DNA of 64,000 nt from an uncultured Nitrososphaerota archaeon (GCA_963838925.1 CAWISW010000002.1:32001-96000), one strand, 5' to 3'; shown: positions 19,443 to 28,257, numbered from the stretch's first letter. The notes: generated from the letters alone by a model not told the origin. Program-made: numbers and translations.

Positions 19443-20654
19443 ATGCAGCGCCAAGAGGTCGTCGTCATAGGCGGGGGCTCCACGGGGTGCAGCGTCCTCT
19501 ATCACTTGGCCAAGGCGGGCGTGAAGGACGCTCTCCTCCTCGACATGGCACCTCAGCTCGCCGCCGGACAGACCAGCAGGTCGACGGCGCTCGTGAGGAC
19601 CCACTACAGCACGGAGGTCCTGACGAAGATGGCGCTCCTGAGCTACCGGTTCTTCAGGGACTTTCGCAGAGAGCTACCAGGGCGCAGCGCCGGGTATGTG
19701 GAGACGGGTCTGCTGGTGGGGGCAGACGACGCCTCGGTAAAGCCGCTTCGCGAAAACGCGGCGATGCACAAGAGCCTGGGAATCGATTCCACCATAATGA
19801 AGCCCGACGAGCTCGCGGACTCGGGCATCGAGCCGATGCTAAACGCGGGGGCGTTCTCCTTGTTCGCTTATGAGCCCAATGCGGGCTACGCCGAGCCATC
19901 TACGACCGCCGCTTCCTTCGCGTCGGCTGCGGTAGAGCTCGGTGCGAGGGTCATCACGGGCACGCGCGCGACGAACATAGAGCGCGCTCCGGCCCCTGGC
20001 CCGGGAGGATACACGGTCCAGACCACCCAAGGTCCGGTCAGCTGCCGCAACGTGGTGATCGCGACCGGAGTGTGGTCGAAGCCTCTCTTCGCTGGTCTCG
20101 GCATCGAGCTCCCGCTGAAGGTCTCCAGGCATCCGGTCGCCACGTTCGGGCGGCCGTCGAGCTACGCCGGCACTAGGCCGCTGGTCTTCGACTTCCCAAG
20201 GTCGGCCTACTACAAGCCCGAGGGCAATGACCTCCTCTTCGTGGGGAGCCTTGCTCACGAGCTGGATGCATCTGGCGAGGACTCTGACCCGAACGACTAC
20301 GACGAGGGGATAACGTACGAGGAGGTCGCGGCCTTCTCCGAGTCAGCCGCCACCGCGATACCGGTCATGTCTGCAGCGGGCACCTACCGCCGGGGGTACG
20401 CGGGTCTCTACGACAACACGCCGGACCAGCACCCGATAATCGACGAGCTGGCCTCCTACGGCTACCCCGGCGTCTACTGCGTCGTCGGCCTGAGCGGCCA
20501 CGGGTTCAAGCTCGCGCCGGAGTTCGGTCGCATCATCGCCTCCTTGGTCGCCGATGGGAGGTTCGAGGACTACGACGTCTCAGTCTTCGGGCTGCGCAGG
20601 TTCGCGGAAGGCAGGCTGCTGGGCGGCAGGTACAGTGTCTCGACGATCTCGTAG
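19443..20654 (+). CDS. FAD-dependent oxidoreductase (DAO/sarcosine oxidase beta-like)
   Basis: IGGGSTG, YDNTPD-HPII, GLSGHGFKLAP. Confidence 0.9.
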   Translation: MQRQEVVVIGGGSTGCSVLYHLAKAGVKDALLLDMAPQLAAGQTSRSTALVRTHYSTEVLTKMALLSYRFFRDFRRELPGRSAGYVETGLLVGADDASVKPLRENAAMHKSLGIDSTIMKPDELADSGIEPMLNAGAFSLFAYEPNAGYAEPSTTAASFASAAVELGARVITGTRATNIERAPAPGPGGYTVQTTQGPVSCRNVVIATGVWSKPLFAGLGIELPLKVSRHPVATFGRPSSYAGTRPLVFDFPRSAYYKPEGNDLLFVGSLAHELDASGEDSDPNDYDEGITYEEVAAFSESAATAIPVMSAAGTYRRGYAGLYDNTPDQHPIIDELASYGYPGVYCVVGLSGHGFKLAPEFGRIIASLVADGRFEDYDVSVFGLRRFAEGRLLGGRYSVSTIS

Positions 20655-20673
20655 ATGGGTCTCTGATAGCCCC

Positions 20674-21381
20674 TCAAGAAGCTGGGAATTGCTCGCCCGT
20701 CGACGCGGGAGCTCCCTGGGCGGCGGGAGCTTTGGGTGATGGCCTGTTGGCTATCCTGTACACGACGAACGCGTAGAAGACAAAGAGGGGTATGAGGATG
20801 AGGTCATCGAGGGAGACCACGGCCTCGCCGAACCAGAAGGTGGCGAAGGAGAGCAGCAGCGCAGACACGGCTATCTTCATGTCCGCCTGCTTGACCTTCC
20901 TCACCTGGTCTCGCAGCAGGTACGTCGAGACGACCACCACCCCAATCCCGCCCGCCATCCCGAGAACGGTGGACTGGAACCCGTTCGGCAGGAGCCCGAC
21001 GAGCACGATGGCCGCCTCGAAGGCCTCGACCGCGCCCACCGAGAACGCCGTCGCCATCTCGCCCTTCTCAAAGTGCTCCTTCGAGCTCTTCCCACTCCTC
21101 GCGTTGAGGACGGCTCTCCTCGCGCTCTTGACGAGCCTCTGCCCGAAGTAGAGAAGCAGCACCCCGCCAGTCAGCTTGATGATGACATCCGGGAGCATGG
21201 TGATCAGCGCGCCCAAGACGAACATGGGCGCGAACACGACAACTGTCCCGAGCCCGGTGTAGAGGAAGACCGAGGGCCTGCCCGAATGCGCATACAAGGC
21301 GAGCGCGACGGCCGAGGCCTCCACCAGCTCCAGGGTCGTGATGCCCAGCGCAGCCAAGAAGATGGCGGGGTCGGCGAACAA
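20674..21381 (-). CDS. Membrane protein with duplicated E-x-x-E-A motif (COG4280/GDT1-like cation transporter)
   Basis: LELVEA and VEAFEA repeats, 6-7 TM helices. Confidence 0.7.
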   Translation of the reverse strand: MFADPAIFLAALGITTLELVEASAVALALYAHSGRPSVFLYTGLGTVVVFAPMFVLGALITMLPDVIIKLTGGVLLLYFGQRLVKSARRAVLNARSGKSSKEHFEKGEMATAFSVGAVEAFEAAIVLVGLLPNGFQSTVLGMAGGIGVVVVSTYLLRDQVRKVKQADMKIAVSALLLSFATFWFGEAVVSLDDLILIPLFVFYAFVVYRIANRPSPKAPAAQGAPASTGEQFPAS

Positions 21382-21451
21382 ACGTCCCTACGAGCCCTTC
21401 TCGAATGTTAAAAACCTAAGCGAGCCTGCGAGCCCGGATCGTCGAGCCGGG

Positions 21452-21988
21452 TCACTTGCGGTTCTGCTGCTTGTACTTCTCGAACGCTATCTTGAACCAC
21501 GGAGTGTACTGGTCGGGACTCCTCGACATGTCCGCCGCCAGGTCGTCCATGGTGATGTACCTCGTCTCCATGATCTCGTCGGGGTTGGGCTTCGGCTCAC
21601 CCTCGAGCTTCCCGATTAGAAGCACGCAGAACTCGTTCTCGGAATAGTCACCGAACTTGGCCCAGTAAGTATAGTCGAGCTTCCGCTCGAGGCTCTTGAC
21701 ATCGACGTTGAGCTCCTGCTTCGACCTCCTGATTCCCGCCTCCTCGTAGGTCTCTCCCTTGTAGACGTGGCTGGTCACCGACACGTCCCAGAAAGCAGGC
21801 CAGAGCTTCTTCTTCATGCTCCTCCTCTGCAGGAGCATTCTGCCGTCCTTGTCGAAGAGGAACACGACGAAGGCCCTGTGCCTCCTGCCCATCCCCTTGT
21901 GGCAGTTCTCCCTCGTGTCGAGGCCCAGCTCCTTGTCGTTGTCGTCGACGAGGACGAGCCACTCGACCTGCTGTTGCTGCCCGCTCAT
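21452..21988 (-). CDS. idi: Isopentenyl-diphosphate delta-isomerase type 1
   Basis: VLVDDND, HRAF, LLQRRS..KKLWP, SENEFC, YTPWF. Confidence 0.93.
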   Translation of the reverse strand: MSGQQQQVEWLVLVDDNDKELGLDTRENCHKGMGRRHRAFVVFLFDKDGRMLLQRRSMKKKLWPAFWDVSVTSHVYKGETYEEAGIRRSKQELNVDVKSLERKLDYTYWAKFGDYSENEFCVLLIGKLEGEPKPNPDEIMETRYITMDDLAADMSRSPDQYTPWFKIAFEKYKQQNRK

Positions 21989-22069
21989 TGTTCCCGCTCC
22001 GCCCATCCGGCATAATAAACCGTTTCCGGCCAGACGGCGCCGTCCCGGATTCGTGTCGCAGTTGTTGAA

Positions 22070-22106
22070 GTGCGGGGGTGCAACATGAACTTTAAGTTCA
22101 AATCCC
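22070..22106 (-). repeat. Degenerate copy of tRNA-Leu 3' end (att-like scar)
   Basis: Minus strand GTTCA-TGTTG-CACCCCCGCAC vs tRNA GTTCA-AATCC-CACCCCCCGCAC, plus an inverted GTTCAAATCCC at 22096-22106. Confidence 0.4.
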
Positions 22107-22140
22107 GAATCATTCATCCTCCTCAGGGCTCCGCGGAAAG

Positions 22141-22260
22141 CCGAAGAAGATAAACTCGGACGAGCTTGCCGATCACCTGCACCTGACGGGCTCCACCGTC
22201 GTCGAGCACCTCAGCAAGGCCGAGCACCGCCTGCTCGTCGGAATCTTCGGCGAAATTTAG
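22141..22260 (+). pseudogene. C-terminal fragment of HTH_10 (Bat-type) regulator
   Basis: Hand translation PKKINSDELADHLHLTGSTVVEHLSKAEHRLLVGIFGEI*; upstream GYY/F and N-terminal domain missing; not in ORF track. Confidence 0.75.
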
Positions 22261-22352
22261 ATAACGCCAAGCGAGACCATGGCGCCTAATGGGAAGGCAG
22301 AGGCGAGTCGAGATAGCGGTAGGTCCATGACAAAGCTCTTCTCTGGATGAGA

Positions 22353-22374
22353 CGATTATCAAAAGTGGAAATCG
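22353..22374 (+). promoter_or_regulatory. TCA-N4-TGR palindrome upstream of CPBP gene
   Basis: CGATTATCA-AAAG-TGGAAATCG. Confidence 0.5.
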
Positions 22375-22420
22375 CAGCTCTCCTTTTGGGCATCTTCGGC
22401 GGCATCGCTGGGTTGCTGCT

Positions 22421-23236
22421 ATGTCACCGCAAAAGGAGAGCGCGTCCCAAAGCGAGGTTCCTGACCATTCTAAGAGAAAAGGCCCTGTAATCGTCTGGCT
22501 GTTCATACTGTCGTATTGGGCCCTAACATCCCTGCTCGTTGGACGAGCAAGTTCGGCTTCGCAAATTCCTTCCGTCGTCACCGCGTCGATGTGGCTCACT
22601 TTCATCTCAGGCCAGCTCCTCGAGTACGCCCCCGTTCTTCTCTTCCTGTTCCTCTTTGTCTGGGTATACGAGAAGAGGGAGAGAGGCGGTGGCATCAGGG
22701 CGCTTTTCTCGAGCGTGGGCTGGAGTAGGACCGGCATCGGGAAGAGCTTGAAATGGGCCCTGGTCTTCCTTCTCATCCTCGCTCCTATTTCGCTCATTCT
22801 TTCTGGCGTGGAATCGGCGGTCGCCGTGGGAACCGGAAGCGCTTCGACGCAATCAGCAACGACTTCGATTCCGCTGGCGTCTCTGATGATCTTAGTAATC
22901 TCCGCCTTCGCTACGGCCGTGACTGAAGAGACGGCAGTCAGGGGCTACATTCTCGACAGGCTGATGCCGGCCCATCCTTCAACTCTGAGACTGTCTCTGA
23001 ACGCCATAATCATAACTTCGGTAATGCAGATGTCTTACCATACTGCGCCGTATTTCAACACCTATGGTTATTCTCTGCCCGTGGCATCTGTAGGTCTCGT
23101 AAGCGTCTTCGTGTACTCCATCTTCCTAAGTTTCGCGTACGTCAGGTCGGGAGCGAGGAACGCATCTGGGCCAATACTGTTCCACTTTCTCCTGGACGCA
23201 GGTTTCTATATAGTGCTGTTCGTCCTTGTTGGATGA
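22421..23236 (+). CDS. CPBP/CAAX (Abi) family intramembrane metalloprotease
   Basis: EETAVRG, MSYH, HFLLD motifs; multiple TM helices; AT-richer codons. Confidence 0.85.
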   Translation: MSPQKESASQSEVPDHSKRKGPVIVWLFILSYWALTSLLVGRASSASQIPSVVTASMWLTFISGQLLEYAPVLLFLFLFVWVYEKRERGGGIRALFSSVGWSRTGIGKSLKWALVFLLILAPISLILSGVESAVAVGTGSASTQSATTSIPLASLMILVISAFATAVTEETAVRGYILDRLMPAHPSTLRLSLNAIIITSVMQMSYHTAPYFNTYGYSLPVASVGLVSVFVYSIFLSFAYVRSGARNASGPILFHFLLDAGFYIVLFVLVG

Positions 23237-23311
23237 TGGAGTTTGGCAATTATTCAAGTCCATAGTTCGGCATGCAAACGGTCGCCATGATGCGCCGCGG
23301 ATGTTTGGTAG

Positions 23312-23430
23312 TGCGGGGGGTGGGATTTGAACCCACGAACCCCAAAGGGATGGGATTTCTTCACCGACGGCTTAAGTCCCACGTCTTCAACACCCTGCAG
23401 GTGTTTTTGACCAGGCTCAACAACCCCCGC
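23312..23430 (-). tRNA. tRNA-Leu(TAA) with two introns (23385-23404 at position 23/24; 23357-23370 at 37/38)
   Basis: Spliced sequence folds: acceptor GCGGGGG/CCCCCGC, D-stem GTT/AAC, anticodon stem TGGGA/TCCCA, long variable arm, T-arm GTGGG-TTCAAAT-CCCAC, discriminator A; no encoded CCA. Confidence 0.93.
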
Positions 23431-23445
23431 AATTTCGCCTTCACG

Positions 23446-24294
23446 TCAACCTGAATAAAGGATTTGCATGGCCAGGAGCTCCTTCCATCGAAGATAACGA
23501 GTAAGATGGGCGTCACAAATTGAGCCCACTTCCCGCATCCAGGCATCGACCGAATCTCTCCTGCCGAGATACGCGACAAAGATTGGCAACTTGTTGTGCC
23601 CGGTCTTCTTGATGTAATTGTAACTCCGAAGTGAATAACCCATCCGGGTCGCGAGTTTTACGAAACCGTCGCGCAACGACTGACTAGAGACCTGTAGCAC
23701 ACACCTTGCGCTTCTCTTGACGTGCGAAAAGCAACCGTCTGCGCTGAAAAGCCCTCGCAGAAATGCAACGATGACTTACGTGCTGTTGCAAGAGAGAACT
23801 TGCTGCGGGACGACCCTCGACCCTGCCTTGGGACCTGGAGCGAAACCAAAATGGAGAAAGAAACGGCGCACTTGAGACTTGCCAGATCTAATCGAGACGG
23901 TTGAGCCCGTTGTAGTCATAGATGGCTCGACGCCTAGGACTCTTTGCGCGAGATTGAAGACAAAGCGAATCATGTTGGTGTCGGTAGAATGCAGCGATAT
24001 TCCCCATCTATCGGAAATCCACCCATCACCAGCATGCAGTCCAAGCAACATGCCAACTTCAGTTGTCAGTTGCGTTCTAGCAGTGCCAAATATTGGATGG
24101 CTACGGCGCATCCGAACGCCATCTTTTCGGAGGACGAGTCTTGCGGATTCATGAGGAATCCCTGTCTTCGCAGCTATCTGGGCTAGTGAGAATCCGGTTA
24201 GGTAGAGCTGCTTAACTAGTTCCGACCGCTTCTCCTTTGGCACGATATTGTGACTGCTGTCTCGGCAATCTCTCGAAACCGCACCGACTACCAT
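23446..24294 (-). pseudogene. HTH + two-motif LAGLIDADG homing endonuclease interrupted by in-frame TAA at 23776-23778
   Basis: LLGLHAGDG in ORF 23776-24294; same frame resumes after stop as VIVAFLRGLFSADG and joins ORF 23446-23700. Confidence 0.85.
23454..23459 (-). promoter_or_regulatory. TATA box of tRNA-Leu, inside last codons of the endonuclease gene
   Basis: TTTATT starting 29 nt upstream of tRNA G1. Confidence 0.55.
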
Positions 24295-24344
24295 CGAATC
24301 AAATGCTATTCGCCGATATAAGCAGCGATACGGCTCTTGCAGGT

Positions 24345-24378
24345 TCCCACGCCGTTAGCCAGGCTTGGCTACCCCCGC
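24345..24378 (-). pseudogene. Orphan tRNA-Leu 5' half (positions 1-31)
   Basis: GCGGGGGTAGCCAAGCCTGGCTAACGGCGTGGGA: acceptor strand, T8, D-stem GCC/GGC with GG, anticodon-stem strand; no adjacent 3' half. Confidence 0.85.
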
Positions 24379-24457
24379 ATTTGTCGGGTTGGAAACAACC
24401 CCCAAAAGCGTTTCCGCCAGCCCGGGATGGCGTCTTCGAGTGCGAGGAGCGATCGAC

Positions 24458-26149
24458 CTAGGAGACGAGCTTGAGAAGGTCTCGTAGCGGCAGCGAGTTC
24501 GCGACGTTCTTCGCCTCTAGCCACGCCCTCCTTGCCACCGCCACCCCGAACTGGACGTTCTCGAGCTCCGTCGGATTGTGGGCGTCCGAGTCCACGACTA
24601 GCTTCACCCCTTGCTGCATCGCCCTCCTCGCCCAGACCTCGTCCAGGTCGAGCCTGTTGGGAGAGCCGTCTATCTCGAGCATCTTGCCGTTGTCCTTCGC
24701 GGTCTTTATCACCTTGGGGAGGTCGACGGGGAACCCCTCTCTCCTGCCGATGATCCTGTTCGTGGGATGGAAGAGGATGTCGACAGAGGGGTGCTCCAGA
24801 GCTTTCACCGCCCTCGCGGTAATCTTCTCCGGCGATTGCTTGTACGACTGATGGATCGAGGCGCCGACGATGTCGAACTGGTCGAAGAAGCTCCGGTCGA
24901 AGTCGAGGCTCCCGTCGGACCTCACCTCGGCCTCGACCGACTTTAGGATCCTGAAGGGCTTGAGCTCCTCGTTGAGCTCGTCTATGGCCTTCCACTGCCT
25001 CCTGAACCGCTCCTCGTCGAGCCCGTTCGCGATGCCCACTGACACCGAGTGGTCCGTCAACGCGATGTATTCGTACCCCCTCTCCATCGCCGCCCTTGCC
25101 ATCTCCTCCAGCTCCGCGCTCCCGTCGCTCCACGTGCTGTGCATCTGGAGGTCGCCCTTGAGCTCCTCGACCTTCACGAGGTCAGGGAGCTTCCCATTCT
25201 GCGCGGCTTCGATCTCGCCCCTTGCCTCCCTAAGCTCCGGGGGGATGAACTCGAGCCCGAGCTTCGCGTAGACGTCCTCCTCGGACTTGCTCGCGATGAC
25301 CTTACCGCTCTTGGCGTCGGCGAGCGCGTACTCGTTCAGCTTCCAGCCCTTATCGATCGCGAGGTTCCTTAGCTCTATGTTGTGCTGCTTCGACCCGGTG
25401 AAGTACAAGAGAGCAGACCCGAGCTCTTCCTGCTTCACTATCCGCACGTCGACCTGTGTCCCGGTCTTCAGGAAGACGCTGACCCGCGTCGGCCCTCGCT
25501 CGATGACTCTGTCCGTCCCCGGGTAGCCCACGAGCGCGTCGCCCGCCTTTGGATCCGTCGCGAGGATGTCGATGTCCCCCACGGTGCTACAGCCCCTCCT
25601 GAGGCTCCCGGCGGGGTGCACATCGATGCCCTTCTCCTCGAAGTAGGCAACCAGCATCGCCGCCAGGTTGTATGCCTCGACGAGGAGCATCCTCGAGCTG
25701 TCCTGCTTCATCTTCTCGACCTCCTCGGCCAGCTTCTTTGCCATCACCTGTCCCACCGCGTCGGTGAGCCTGCCGGAAGCCAGCCCGACACGAAGGTCGT
25801 CGACGCTCTTGACGTGGTAGCTCTTCGAAAGCTTGAAGGCGGTTTTGGGGCCTATCCCTGGTACCCTCATCAGCTCGAGCGCGCCCGTGGGGACCTGCTT
25901 CTCCATCTTCTCGAGCGCCTCGAGCCGCCCAGTCCTCAGATACTCGTCGATCTTCTTCGCGATGGCGCTGCCCACGTACTTGATCTCCTCTAGCTGTCCC
26001 GCCTTCCAGACTTCCTCCACGTCCTTCTCCATGTTGCGGACGCTGGTGGCGGCTCTGTGGTAGGCGATGACCTTGAACCTGTCCTCCCCGGCGGCCTCCG
26101 AGACCTGGGCCATCTTGTCGAGCAGCTCCGCGACGTCGTGGTTCTTCAA
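24458..26149 (-). CDS. polX: DNA polymerase X with PHP domain
   Basis: GSLRR, GDIDI, YFTGSK-HN, PPELRE, DLQMHS-WSDG, TDHS, DSDAH. Confidence 0.95.
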   Translation of the reverse strand: MKNHDVAELLDKMAQVSEAAGEDRFKVIAYHRAATSVRNMEKDVEEVWKAGQLEEIKYVGSAIAKKIDEYLRTGRLEALEKMEKQVPTGALELMRVPGIGPKTAFKLSKSYHVKSVDDLRVGLASGRLTDAVGQVMAKKLAEEVEKMKQDSSRMLLVEAYNLAAMLVAYFEEKGIDVHPAGSLRRGCSTVGDIDILATDPKAGDALVGYPGTDRVIERGPTRVSVFLKTGTQVDVRIVKQEELGSALLYFTGSKQHNIELRNLAIDKGWKLNEYALADAKSGKVIASKSEEDVYAKLGLEFIPPELREARGEIEAAQNGKLPDLVKVEELKGDLQMHSTWSDGSAELEEMARAAMERGYEYIALTDHSVSVGIANGLDEERFRRQWKAIDELNEELKPFRILKSVEAEVRSDGSLDFDRSFFDQFDIVGASIHQSYKQSPEKITARAVKALEHPSVDILFHPTNRIIGRREGFPVDLPKVIKTAKDNGKMLEIDGSPNRLDLDEVWARRAMQQGVKLVVDSDAHNPTELENVQFGVAVARRAWLEAKNVANSLPLRDLLKLVS

Positions 26150-26153
26150 TCCT

Positions 26154-27263
26154 TCACTTCCTCCACCATCCGTAGTCCTTGGGAACCTTCCCCGTGGTCA
26201 CCTCAGCTCGACCGCTCTTCCCTATCGCGACATCGTCCTCTATCCTGACGCCTAGCTTTCCGGGGATGTACGCCCCCGGCTCTACGGTGAAGACCATCCC
26301 TGCCCTCAGCAGTTCGCGGCCACCCGCCACGATGTAGGGGGCCTCGTGAACCTCGAGCCCGAGCCCGTGCCCGGTCCTGTGGATGAAGTACTTGGAGAGG
26401 CCGTCCCTCCTCAGAGAAATGCGGGCGGCCGCGTCGACCTTCCCCGTCGCCACACCGGCCCCCGCCATGTCGATCGCTTTCTGCTGCGCCGACAACACGC
26501 TCTCGTATGTCCTTTCGACCTGGCCGTTCCCGCCTAGCACGAACGTTCTCGTGATGTCCGCCGCGTAGCCAGCATGATAGCTGACGACGTCCACGACCAC
26601 TCCCTCCCCGCGTCTTATCTTCTTGGTGGACGTCACCGAGTGGGGGTCCGCGGCCCGCGCACCTGACTGGACCATCGGGTCGACCTCGTCTGCCCCGCTC
26701 GCAAGCGCGTGCTCGCGTATGAGAAGCGCGAGCTCTCTCTCAGCCATCCCCTCACGGAGAGCCTCAGGCACCTTCAGGATGGCCTCTGAAAGGACCGCAG
26801 CCGACCTTCTGAGCAGTTTGAGCTCTTCAGGCTCCTTGACCTCTCTGACCGACTGGAGGACGTCGTCGGCGGGCCTGACCTTCATGCCCTTGCTGAGTAG
26901 ATGGTCCAAGAACCCGAACGGGACCCTACCATCGCAGCCCCACGTGCCTTTCGCACTGATTCCCTCGAGGAGCTCCTTGAAGGCTCCCGACGGCCCTCGG
27001 CTGTCGTCCCAAGCGTGGATCTTGAGAGGGATGGACTCTCCGAAAGGACCGGCCTCGAGCTTGGGCGCGAGGAGGTGCGCGTCCCCGTCGCTCCGGATGA
27101 GGAGGAGGAAGGGCCGCTCGAAGAGGTGCGCCCAGACTCCTGTGTAATAGGTGAGATTGGGCCCTGGGGCCATTATCGCTCCCTCGAGGCCGGCCGACCG
27201 GAGCTCCTTGGTGAGCCTTCCGGCCCGCCGCTTCAAATCTGAGACTTCTGGTGCGGGAGCCAA
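26154..27263 (-). CDS. pepQ: Xaa-Pro peptidase (M24B)
   Basis: DITRT, HRTGHGLGLEVHE, TVEPG, GVRIED. Confidence 0.93.
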   Translation of the reverse strand: MAPAPEVSDLKRRAGRLTKELRSAGLEGAIMAPGPNLTYYTGVWAHLFERPFLLLIRSDGDAHLLAPKLEAGPFGESIPLKIHAWDDSRGPSGAFKELLEGISAKGTWGCDGRVPFGFLDHLLSKGMKVRPADDVLQSVREVKEPEELKLLRRSAAVLSEAILKVPEALREGMAERELALLIREHALASGADEVDPMVQSGARAADPHSVTSTKKIRRGEGVVVDVVSYHAGYAADITRTFVLGGNGQVERTYESVLSAQQKAIDMAGAGVATGKVDAAARISLRRDGLSKYFIHRTGHGLGLEVHEAPYIVAGGRELLRAGMVFTVEPGAYIPGKLGVRIEDDVAIGKSGRAEVTTGKVPKDYGWWRK

Positions 27264-27324
27264 CTCGACCTGACGAGGTTCCCTGCTTATATCTCACGAT
27301 AAAAACGGTTGGCTCGCTCGAGCT

Positions 27325-28173
27325 TTGGGAATCCTGCAAGACATGATGTACGGCGCGGCCAAGCGCTGGATAGCGGGCAAGGACAGGGAGACGGCGCTCG
27401 CGAAAGCCAAGGAGGCCAACGCGAAGGGCCTCGGGACCATCATGAACTACCTGGGAGAGGACGTGAAGGATCCTCGGGTCGCCGACTCTAACTTCGAGGA
27501 GTACCTCAAGCTCCAGCGGGCCGTCCGAGATTCGGGCATCGACGGCTGCGTATCGGTCAAGCTCACGCAGTTTGGCCTTGGCGTCCTCGATGACTCCGCC
27601 GTCTTGGAGAAGGTCGGGAGACTCGTGGAGGAGGCCGAAGGGATGAAGCGCATGCTGTGGATCGACATGGAGGGCTCTGCAGTGACGACGCGGACCCTGC
27701 AGATCTACTCGAAGCTGCTCGAGGCCCACGGGAACGTGGGCGTCGCGCTCCAGTCATACCTCAGGCGCAGCGAGGACGACCTGAGGAACCTGATGGAAAT
27801 CGGCGGGAAGGTCCGGCTGGTGAAGGGGGCCTACAGGGAGCCCTCAGACATCGTCTTCCATTCGCGCGAGCAGATCACCGAGAACTTCCTGAAGTTGATG
27901 AGGACTCTCTTCGAAAAAGGACAGGGCTTCGCCATCGCGACGCATGACTCGAGGCCCATCGAGGAGGCGGAAAAGCTCCACGAGTCGAGCCCCGGCGCGA
28001 AGTTCGAGTTCGAGATGCTGAAGGGAATCAGGGACGACCTGAAGCTCAGGCTGGCGAAGGCCGGTTACCGGGTGGTCGACTACATGCCCTACGGCGAGGA
28101 GTGGTATGCCTACTCGATGCGGAGGATAAAGGAGCATCCCAGCAACATCTGGCTTCTCCTGCGCTCATTGTGA
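27325..28173 (+). CDS. Monofunctional proline dehydrogenase
   Basis: SVKLTQ, IDME, RLVKGAY, IATHD, YMPYG, RRIKE. Confidence 0.93.
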   Translation: MGILQDMMYGAAKRWIAGKDRETALAKAKEANAKGLGTIMNYLGEDVKDPRVADSNFEEYLKLQRAVRDSGIDGCVSVKLTQFGLGVLDDSAVLEKVGRLVEEAEGMKRMLWIDMEGSAVTTRTLQIYSKLLEAHGNVGVALQSYLRRSEDDLRNLMEIGGKVRLVKGAYREPSDIVFHSREQITENFLKLMRTLFEKGQGFAIATHDSRPIEEAEKLHESSPGAKFEFEMLKGIRDDLKLRLAKAGYRVVDYMPYGEEWYAYSMRRIKEHPSNIWLLLRSL

Positions 28174-28257
28174 CGACAACACTCTCGGTTCAGCCAATCT
28201 TAATAAGACCGACCGGCAACAAATCGACAAGGAAGAACCTAGCCGGAGAGAGCGAAA

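Larger units (their letters stand above)
23377..24344 (-). mobile_element. Putative homing cassette (LAGLIDADG gene + promoter + replacement tRNA 5' half) inserted in tRNA-Leu
   Basis: Bounded by direct repeat CGTGGGA (24345-24351 and 23377-23383) within duplicated tRNA 5' halves; visibly AT-richer than flanks. Confidence 0.6.

Noticed and set aside
23776-23778. Ochre suppression of the endonuclease stop by the neighbouring tRNA with anticodon TAA
   Set aside because: Anticodon UAA reads UUA (Leu), not UAA.
23377-24344. Whole cassette as one giant BHB tRNA intron
   Set aside because: I could not build a BHB that joins the orphan half to the anticodon loop. The CCTGCA/TGCAGG pairing gives a poor central helix and a nonsensical junction.
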